This document shows, piece by piece, positions 57,661 to 64,000 of a stretch of 64,000 nucleotides of DNA. Both the position numbers and the translations under genes were made by a program. The notes beneath the pieces were generated by a model. The model was not told the origin of the DNA and ran no database searches. It saw only the letters and a list, made by a program, of their open reading frames with translations. The first letter of the stretch is position 1; each line of letters begins with the position of its first letter. The DNA comes from Candidatus Campbellbacteria bacterium (GTDB lineage: Bacteria > Patescibacteriota > Minisyncoccia > Phycocordibacterales > GCA-2747955): positions 949 to 64,948 of the forward strand of contig PDQZ01000009.1 in assembly GCA_002747955.1 (NCBI GenBank), in the 5' to 3' direction.

Positions 57661-58365
57661 ATGAGAGAAATTCTAGTAAATAAAAGTGGAGAAAGTGTAG
57701 TTTTTGAAATCTTTGTTTTGATGTTCGTGTCGTTTATTTTAGGTTATGTTGTCAGATTGGTATATGAAAAATTCTTTTTATATGAACAAGTAAATGATGA
57801 CTTTTACGACGATATAGAAGACAAATACATTAAAGATGATTTGACAAATTCATATAACCAACAAGGACTTGATAATTTTGACCAAAACATTGAAAATGTT
57901 GATTTTTCAGATTCAAAAAAAAATCATTTTGAAACAAAATCAAACAAAGAAAACATAAATCAACAAGAAAATAATCAAGAAAAAGAAAAAACAGATTATC
58001 AAAGCTATATTTCTCTTGATAAATCACAAAATCAAGAAATTATAAACAGTAACAATATTGAAGAAATTAAACAAAGTGTGGTAAAAAGCACATTGTCTCC
58101 TTATTCTGAAATAGAAATGCAGGACTTAAAAATCGTAGACGGAGTTGGTCCTAAAATTGAACTTTTGTTAAAAAGAAATGGAATTGAAAACTTAAAAGTT
58201 CTTTCTGAAACTTCTCTTGAAAGATTAAATCAAATTCTAGATACAGCAGGTGATAAATACGCTTTTCATAACCCAGCTTCATGGGCAGAACAAGCAGAAC
58301 TTGCTTTAAAGGGGAATTTGAATGAGTTAAGCGAATTTCAAGACTATATATCAGCAAAAAAATAA
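57661..58365 (+). CDS. membrane-anchored protein with C-terminal helix-hairpin-helix motif
   Basis: N-terminal TM, acidic/Q-N-rich linker, ..DLKIVDGVGPKIELLLKRNGIENLKVLSETSLERL.. HhH-like. Confidence 0.5.
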   Translation: MREILVNKSGESVVFEIFVLMFVSFILGYVVRLVYEKFFLYEQVNDDFYDDIEDKYIKDDLTNSYNQQGLDNFDQNIENVDFSDSKKNHFETKSNKENINQQENNQEKEKTDYQSYISLDKSQNQEIINSNNIEEIKQSVVKSTLSPYSEIEMQDLKIVDGVGPKIELLLKRNGIENLKVLSETSLERLNQILDTAGDKYAFHNPASWAEQAELALKGNLNELSEFQDYISAKK

Positions 58366-58615
58366 AGAAAAAAACGTTAAAAATTAGTTCATAATTTTGT
58401 TGACTTCGTAAAAAATATTTTCAACGTACTTCAAGTACGTCTCAAATATTTTTCACTCGTCGCCTCATTATGAATCTAATTTTTAACGTTTTTTAGGTTG
58501 CAAAAATCTTTGTTGACTGCACAAAAATACCCTCACCGTAATAACGCATACGACTCGGGTATTTTTTATTTGTCGCCTCGATTTTTATCTAATTTCTGCT
58601 ATTTTTTAAATTGTA
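58366..58615. repeat. modular ~115-125 bp intergenic repeat, 2 tandem units (same family)
   Basis: Unit 1 ..ttttcaacgtacttcaagtacgtctcaaatatttttcactcgtcgcctc..; unit 2 ..ccctcaccgtaataacgcatacgactcgggtatttttt.. Confidence 0.8.
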
Positions 58616-58813
58616 TTTTTTTTTAATAAACGCAATTTTGACGAAGCCAAAATTGCGTTTATTTTTGTGTTAAAACAAAAAAGCACCATTATACTTATAC
58701 ACTTTTTGCTTTTCTAACCTATTGATAGTTTTTATTTTTTTGATATTATATTTTTAAGGAGCTTTTGTTCCAAAAAAGGCTCCGGTTATTATTAAATTTA
58801 AAATATTCAAAAA

Positions 58814-59080
58814 ATGGAAAGTAAGACAGATGTGGAATTTCTGGAAATGATTGTAAAACAAATCGTTCAAAATCCTGATGATGTAAAAGTCGAAAGGGTA
58901 GTGGATGAAATGGGAGTACTTCTAACACTTAAGGTTCACAAAGACGATATGTCACAAGTGATCGGAAAAAGCGGTAGAACTGCTTCTGCAATCAGAACTC
59001 TATTGAGAGTTGTTGGAATGAAAAACAATTCAAGAGTAAATTTAAAAATAGACGAGCCGGAAGGTGGAATGAGAGAATAA
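58814..59080 (+). CDS. KH-domain RNA-binding protein (KhpA/UPF0109-like)
   Basis: ..VIGKSGRTASAIRTLL.. KH GXXG motif; 88 aa. Confidence 0.7.
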   Translation: MESKTDVEFLEMIVKQIVQNPDDVKVERVVDEMGVLLTLKVHKDDMSQVIGKSGRTASAIRTLLRVVGMKNNSRVNLKIDEPEGGMRE

Positions 59081-59167
59081 AAATTTTAAATTATAATATA
59101 CAAAAAACTTTGATAAAAACAAAAACCGCTTCGCGGTTTTTGTTTTTTTATTTTTTATTCTTAACCA

Positions 59168-59196
59168 GCGTTAACAGGCAAGGCCTGTTAACGCTT
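59168..59196. repeat. GGCAAGGCC-family palindrome
   Basis: agcgttaacaggc-aa-ggcctgttaacgct just after terminator aaaaaccgcttcgcggttttt. Confidence 0.7.
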
Positions 59197-59308
59197 ATTT
59201 TTGTTTGTGAATAAATGCGTGTAAATAATTTGTATTATTATTATTATATAATTTATAAAGCTTTCTTATAGTAAGAAAGTTTTTGTAAACCTAACATAGG
59301 AGCATAAA

Positions 59309-59482
59309 ATGTGTAAAATAAGACCGCCGTCTGGGGGCCCAGACATAAGGGAGCAAAACGAAATAAGATCAATCTGGGGTGGAAACCCTCCAACCGTGAT
59401 CTGGCATCCTGGGTTTCGAGATTAATAATCTCGTTAATTTTTTACAACTTTCACAGCACCAGAGCAATCTGGTGCCTTTTTT
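59309..59482 (+). ncRNA. candidate structured RNA / regulatory leader upstream of gatCA, ending in an intrinsic terminator
   Basis: Locally GC-rich (gtctgggggcccagac, gggtggaaaccc GNRA hairpin, cgagattaataatctcg), then gcaccagagcaatctggtgc + T6; the embedded 38-codon ORF uses GC-rich codons atypical for this genome. Confidence 0.35.
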
Positions 59483-59520
59483 AATATAAAATAAATTTAA
59501 ATTATGATATAATACAAAAT

Positions 59521-59811
59521 ATGACACAAGAAATTACAAAAGAAATTGTTCAAAAAACAGCTGATTTGTCAAAAATTCATTTAACTCAAGATGAAATTGT
59601 AAAAATTACAGATTCATTCGGTCCCATTTTTGAAATGATCGACACAATCAATGAAGTTGATATTACAGACGATATTCAAAGAAACTTTACAAACACAAAC
59701 ACTTTCAGGAACGATGTAGAAGACCAAAAAACAAACTTTAACAACAAAGAGGTAATTGCAGAATTTCCAGACTCACAAGATGATTATTTAAAAACTAAAA
59801 AAATTTTATAA
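59521..59811 (+). CDS. gatC: Glu/Asp-tRNA(Gln/Asn) amidotransferase subunit C
   Basis: 96 aa; ..LSKIHLTQDEIVKITDSFGPIFEMIDTINEVD.. GatC pattern; directly upstream of gatA. Confidence 0.75.
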   Translation: MTQEITKEIVQKTADLSKIHLTQDEIVKITDSFGPIFEMIDTINEVDITDDIQRNFTNTNTFRNDVEDQKTNFNNKEVIAEFPDSQDDYLKTKKIL

Positions 59812-59815
59812 GCTT

Positions 59816-61240
59816 ATGAATATAGATTTAAAAAACTTAGATATTCCAAAAATATCTCAAATGCTTCAAAGCAAAGAACTCACAGTTAAAGAACTTACAG
59901 ATTTTTGCTTGGAAAATATCAAAGCAAAAAACGAAGAGCTAAATGTTTTTCTTTTTGTTTTTGAAAACATAGATGAGCAAGTAGAAAATGCAGAAAAAAT
60001 GTTCGCTGAAGGAAAACAAACTGTTTTAACAGGTATTCCCGTTGCAGTAAAAGCAAATATTTTAATTCAAGGGCAAAATGCAAACGCTGGGTCAAAAATT
60101 TTAGAAAAATACAAAGCAACATACGATGCAACAGTAATTGAAAAACTTAAAGAACAAGGGGCAATTTTTCTGGGTTATTTAAACCAAGACGAATTTGCTT
60201 GCGGGGGATCAACTGAAAACTCAGCTTTTGGAGTTACAAAAAATCCACTTGATACAACAAGGGTTCCAGGAGGATCTTCTGGAGGAACAGCAGCAGCTGT
60301 GGCGGCCGATATGTGTGTTTACGCACTTGGAACAGACACAGGAGGGTCTGTTAGACAGCCAGCAGCCTTTTGTGGGCTTGTGGGAGTTAAACCAACTTAC
60401 GGACGAGTTTCAAGACACGGAGCCGTAGCAATGGGTTCTTCACTTGACCAGATTTGTCCTATCACAAGAAATATCAAAGACTCTGAAATTGTTTTAGATG
60501 CTATTTCTGGAAAAGACAGTTTTGATATGACAACAATTTCTAAAGACAACTTTTTAGAAAAAGAAGTAAAACTTAGCAAGAAAATTGCTGTTCCGTTTTC
60601 ATTTATCAACCAAATCAAAGATCAAAAAGTTTTAGATAACTTTAACCAATCTTTAGAAATTTTAAAACAAAAAGGTTATGAAGTTGAAGATATAAATTTA
60701 GATATCTTTAAATATGCTTTGCCGATTTACTATGTTTTGATGCCGGCTGAACTTTCTTCAAACTTGGCTCGATATGACGGGATCAGGTACGGAAACAAAA
60801 AAGAAGGACAAAATTTGCAAGAAGAATATGTAAATACAAAATCAAGCGGTTTTGGAGAAGAAATTAAAAGAAGAATTATTTTAGGAACTTATGTTTTGTC
60901 TGCTGGATATGAAAACCAGTATTACAACAAAGCAAACGCGTTAAGGGAACAGATTAAAGCTGAATTTAAAAAAGTAATTGATAAATACGATGCAGTTTTA
61001 ATGCCAACAACACCGTCTTATGCTTTTAAACTTGGACAAAATAAAAACGATCCGATTGAAATGTACTTATCAGATATTTTTACAGTAACAGCAAATATTA
61101 TCGGAAATCCTGCTTTGTCTGTTCCGTCAGGAATGGTCCAAACAGAAGAGGGAAATAAAATGCCACTTTCTTTGCAGATTTTAACTGATTTTGGTGAAGA
61201 AAAAAAAGCTTATAAAATTGCAGAAGATTTTTTGAGTTAA
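59816..61240 (+). CDS. gatA: Glu/Asp-tRNA amidotransferase subunit A (amidase signature family)
   Basis: Amidase signature ..GGSSGGTAAAVAADMCVYALGTDTGGSVRQPAAFCGLVGVKPTYGRVSR.. Confidence 0.9.
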   Translation: MNIDLKNLDIPKISQMLQSKELTVKELTDFCLENIKAKNEELNVFLFVFENIDEQVENAEKMFAEGKQTVLTGIPVAVKANILIQGQNANAGSKILEKYKATYDATVIEKLKEQGAIFLGYLNQDEFACGGSTENSAFGVTKNPLDTTRVPGGSSGGTAAAVAADMCVYALGTDTGGSVRQPAAFCGLVGVKPTYGRVSRHGAVAMGSSLDQICPITRNIKDSEIVLDAISGKDSFDMTTISKDNFLEKEVKLSKKIAVPFSFINQIKDQKVLDNFNQSLEILKQKGYEVEDINLDIFKYALPIYYVLMPAELSSNLARYDGIRYGNKKEGQNLQEEYVNTKSSGFGEEIKRRIILGTYVLSAGYENQYYNKANALREQIKAEFKKVIDKYDAVLMPTTPSYAFKLGQNKNDPIEMYLSDIFTVTANIIGNPALSVPSGMVQTEEGNKMPLSLQILTDFGEEKKAYKIAEDFLS

Positions 61241-61295
61241 AAAAGTTGAGGAGAAAATACAAAGTGTAATTTTAAGATAATTAAAGATGTAAAAG

Positions 61296-61321
61296 CCCCT
61301 CGCCGACTTCGTCGGCGAGGG
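61296..61321. repeat. GC-rich hairpin CGCCGACTTCGTCGGCG (copy 2, loop in inverted orientation); terminator-like
   Basis: aaaagcccctcgccgacttcgtcggcgagggtttttc. Confidence 0.75.
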
Positions 61322-61369
61322 TTTTTCTATGTTGCAGTATTATGCAATATATGATAAAATTAAAAAAAC

Positions 61370-61705
61370 ATGGAAAGGCAAATAATAAAATACAAAAAAT
61401 ACTTTGATAAGTTTTATGAAAAGTTGGAACACGATGAGAAAATTGAAATCAGGGAAGGTTTATATCTTTTAGCTTACGGAAAAGAACTTGAAAAGAAAAA
61501 TCTTATCAAAAGAATGAAAAACGGAGATGGGATTTATGAATTAAGGTTAAAAACAGAAAAAAGTATTTTTAGAGTTTTTTATTTCTATGACGGCCAAAAA
61601 ATTGTTGTTTTATTTCAAGGAATGAAAAAGAAAGATAAAAAAAGACAACAAAAAGAATTACAAAAAGCAATTAAGTTAAAAAAAGAATATTTAAGTGATA
61701 AATAA
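61370..61705 (+). CDS. RelE/ParE-superfamily toxin of the HigB / phage Gp49-like type
   Basis: ..DGIYELRLKTEKSIFRVFYFYDGQKIVVLFQGMKKKDKKRQQKELQKAIKLKKEY matches the Gp49-like addiction-module killer pattern. Confidence 0.65.
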   Translation: MERQIIKYKKYFDKFYEKLEHDEKIEIREGLYLLAYGKELEKKNLIKRMKNGDGIYELRLKTEKSIFRVFYFYDGQKIVVLFQGMKKKDKKRQQKELQKAIKLKKEYLSDK

Positions 61706-61709
61706 AATT

Positions 61710-62033
61710 ATGAATAAAAAAAAAGAAAAAGATTTAAACCAATATCCAGTTGGGAAAAATTGTTACGATTTAACACCAATTTTAGATAAAGAGTTTGGTA
61801 AACCTGGGACAAAAAGAGCAGAAAAGAGTTTGGAGAGAATTTTTAAAGAATACAGAGCAAGAGATTTGAAAGAAAAAAGACAAGAAGCTAAAAAAACTCA
61901 ACAAGAAGTTGCAGATATTTTAGGAAAAGATGTAACATATATCTCAAAAATTGAAAGCGGAAAAATGTCACCTTCAGTTGATGTATTTTATAAATATGTT
62001 CAGGCAATTGGAAAAAGAGTAGAAATAGTTTAG
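61710..62033 (+). CDS. XRE-family HTH antitoxin (HigA-like)
   Basis: ..LKEKRQEAKKTQQEVADILGKDVTYISKIESGKMSPSVDVFYKYVQAIG.. canonical XRE HTH; overlaps or abuts the toxin gene (alternative GTG start 61695). Confidence 0.65.
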   Translation: MNKKKEKDLNQYPVGKNCYDLTPILDKEFGKPGTKRAEKSLERIFKEYRARDLKEKRQEAKKTQQEVADILGKDVTYISKIESGKMSPSVDVFYKYVQAIGKRVEIV

Positions 62034-62063
62034 AGTTTTGCTTTTTTGAAACAAAACAAAAAA

Positions 62064-62089
62064 CCCTCGCCGACGAAGTCGGCGAGGGG
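62064..62089. repeat. GC-rich hairpin CGCCGACGAAGTCGGCG (copy 3); bidirectional terminator-like
   Basis: aaaaaaccctcgccgacgaagtcggcgaggggtttttc. Confidence 0.75.
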
Positions 62090-62296
62090 TTTTTCTAAAA
62101 TAACGAGCATAAAAAAGGATAAAACCTTGCTTAACGGTCCAGATTTTTACTTTTTTTTAATTTTTACTTTTTTTGTATTTTTTATACACAGCCAGAAAAA
62201 AAGCCTTATTTTTAAAGGCTTTTTTTACCTGTGTTTTACTTGTGTATATTTAAAAAATGTGTTATTATTATTTTATTACTTTTTAAAGAAAAAAAT

Positions 62297-63349
62297 ATGA
62301 AAATTGAAAATGTATCAAAGATAACTGAAAAAATTCTAGAAAATCTTCCAGAAAGATCAAAGGAGGTTTTGGAAAAAAGATTTGGACTTATCGAAGGTAA
62401 ACCAAGACAAACTCTTGACTCTATTGGTCAGAGTTATGGAATTACTAGAGAAAGAATCAGGCAAATTGAAAATTCAGCTAAAAAACTAATTTTAGAAACT
62501 GAAAAACTAACTTCTCATACTCAACAGGCGGTTGATGAATTGAAAAAAACTATTGACAGTTATGGTGGTATCATTGGAGAAAAAGAGCTTTTGGAAAAGT
62601 TTACAACAAATCAAGATGTTCAAGATCATATTCACTTTATTTTAAACTTATCAGAACCATTTTTTGAAGTTAAAAAACAAGAATATAAAGACAAAGTTTG
62701 GTATACACAAAAAGAGTCTTTTGAAGCTTTTGAAAAATCACTAAAAAAACTTTATCAAGATTTATCAACAGACGAAGTTTTGACTGAAAAAGAAATTTTA
62801 GATAGATTTTCTGAAAAACTAAGTCACTATACAGACAACAAAAAGATTTTGAAAATTGATACAGTTAAAAGACTTATTGGTTTGTCTAAAAAAATTGGTT
62901 CAAATGAACTTGGTCAATGGGGTGATACAAAATCAAGAAATATTTCAACAAAAGGTGTGAAAGACTGTGCTTATTTGATTCTAAATGAAGAAGGACACCC
63001 AATGCACTTTACAGAAATTACAAATGAAATTGCTGAAAGATTTCACAGAAATGTAAATACAGCTACAGTTCACAACGAACTTATCAAAGATAAAAGATTT
63101 ATTCTAATTGGGCGAGGAAAATACGGTCTAACAGAATGGAATAAATATAGTGGGGGAACAGTTGCTGAAGTTATTGCTGATATTTTGAAAAAATCTAAAA
63201 AAGCTTTGACAAAAGAAGAAATTGTTAAAAAAGTTTTAGAGAAAAAAGAAGTTAGAAAACAAACTATTCTAATCAATCTTTCAAACAAAAAATTCAAAAA
63301 AACAAAAGACGGAAGATACACTTTAAACAAAATCACAACAAAGAAATAA
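62297..63349 (+). CDS. protein with N-terminal sigma-70 region-4-like HTH, remainder unknown
   Basis: ..[49 protein letters not shown].. resembles sigma70 region 4; start at MKIENV (62297). Confidence 0.55.
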   Translation: MKIENVSKITEKILENLPERSKEVLEKRFGLIEGKPRQTLDSIGQSYGITRERIRQIENSAKKLILETEKLTSHTQQAVDELKKTIDSYGGIIGEKELLEKFTTNQDVQDHIHFILNLSEPFFEVKKQEYKDKVWYTQKESFEAFEKSLKKLYQDLSTDEVLTEKEILDRFSEKLSHYTDNKKILKIDTVKRLIGLSKKIGSNELGQWGDTKSRNISTKGVKDCAYLILNEEGHPMHFTEITNEIAERFHRNVNTATVHNELIKDKRFILIGRGKYGLTEWNKYSGGTVAEVIADILKKSKKALTKEEIVKKVLEKKEVRKQTILINLSNKKFKKTKDGRYTLNKITTKK

Positions 63350-63464
63350 AAACAACAATCAAGCAAAAAGCTTTGTTGTTTTTTATTTATTGAAATAGTT
63401 TTGAAAAGTTGTATAATTAAGTAAAGTCTAAAAGACTTTATTATAAATAATTTTAATATTAAAT

Positions 63465-64000
63465 ATGGATTATATAAATCAAATTACAAACTCTTTAGTG
63501 GAAAACACAAATACTTTTGTTTCTGTTTTGGGTGAATACTTTTTTAAAGTATTGCTAGCAGTTATTGTTGTATTTGTAGGTTACATTATCGCAGGAGTTT
63601 TAAAAACAATTGTTAAAAAAGCTGTAAAAGCTGTAAAACTAGATAGCTTTTTAAGAGATTTAGATTTTGACAAATCTTTAGAAAAAGCAGGGATGAAATT
63701 AAACTCAGGAAAATTTTTAGGAGAACTTGTTAAATGGGTTGTATTTTTAATTTTCTTTGTTGTAGCTGTAAACATTTTAGAACTTACAGTTGTAACAGCA
63801 TTTCTTTACTCAGTTTTAGAAACAATTGGAAATATTGTTATTGCAATTATCATTTTTGTTGCAGCAGTTTATGCCGCAAGATTTGTAAAAACAATAGCAT
63901 CTTCAGTTGCAAAAGCAGTTAATGTAGAATCAGACAAGTTAGTTGGAAACATTGCAGCATTTGTAATTTACTTAATGGCTGGTATTACAATTTTAGGACT
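63465..64000 (+). CDS. polytopic membrane protein with conserved-TM-helix repeats (MscS-N-terminus-like), 3'-truncated by window edge
   Basis: Open frame from ATG 63465 to the window end with alternating hydrophobic helices; the two short listed ORFs here are out of frame or antisense. Confidence 0.5.
   Translation, partial: MDYINQITNSLVENTNTFVSVLGEYFFKVLLAVIVVFVGYIIAGVLKTIVKKAVKAVKLDSFLRDLDFDKSLEKAGMKLNSGKFLGELVKWVVFLIFFVVAVNILELTVVTAFLYSVLETIGNIVIAIIIFVAAVYAARFVKTIASSVAKAVNVESDKLVGNIAAFVIYLMAGITILG

Noticed and set aside
59309-59425. 38-codon ORF with GGAG RBS inside the gatC upstream element
   Set aside because: Its codon usage (ccg ccg tct ggg ggc cca) is atypical for this genome and the region folds into stable hairpins ending in a terminator, so it is more likely RNA structure than a peptide; it could still be a leader peptide and I cannot exclude that
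62046-62300. 84-aa ORF 62046..62300
   Set aside because: It spans the GC hairpin terminator and the AT-rich promoter region and is F/L/K-rich low complexity; more likely non-coding upstream region of the 62297 gene
63581-63922. Listed short ORFs 63581..63775 (minus) and 63734..63922 (plus)
   Set aside because: Both are out of frame or antisense relative to a long open plus-strand frame from ATG 63465 that encodes a coherent multi-TM protein running off the window

Overview
This window reads as a streamlined, AT-rich bacterial chromosome of the Patescibacteria/CPR type. That assignment is inferred from the lack of L30 between rpsE and rplO, the lysine-rich extensions on ribosomal proteins, the small housekeeping-dominated gene set and the fragmented ribosomal-protein operons. 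It uses the standard genetic code, with TGA, TAA and TAG all serving as stops.

The coding content is almost entirely plus-strand housekeeping. It includes rpsH-rplF-rplR-rpsE-rplO-secY, secA, ppa, an M17 and an M3 peptidase, smpB, tRNA-Asn, efp, rsmA, rpsL-rpsG, murG, tuf-rpsJ-rplC, rplD-rplW-rplB-adk, ftsH, rsmE, cmk, yebC, rplY, rpe, dus, atpE-atpF and gatCA. No transposase, integrase, CRISPR array or rRNA gene is visible.

The unusual content is mostly non-coding. There are at least four families of repeated intergenic hairpin elements:
- a modular repeat of about 115-125 bp, tandemly arrayed at three loci;
- a palindrome family with a GGCAAGGCC core at six loci;
- a 55-bp AAAGCCCATTTTCGC-armed hairpin at three loci;
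- a GC-rich CTCGCCGACGAAGTCGGCGAG hairpin at three loci, two of which bracket a HigB/HigA-like toxin-antitoxin pair.

Other points of interest are a duplicated promoter plus 5' fragment of rsmE sitting between two tandem divergent paralogs of unknown function, and a five-gene cell-surface locus with two TSP3-like calcium-binding paralogs and a compositionally atypical 781-aa Cys-rich secreted protein. Two secreted or membrane proteins, one with VirB2/TrbC-like topology, are inserted between rplC and rplD. There are also several candidate structured RNAs, the clearest upstream of gatCA, and a previously unlisted 57-aa small ORF.

All calls rest on reading the sequence and protein motifs by eye. 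No database searches were run.
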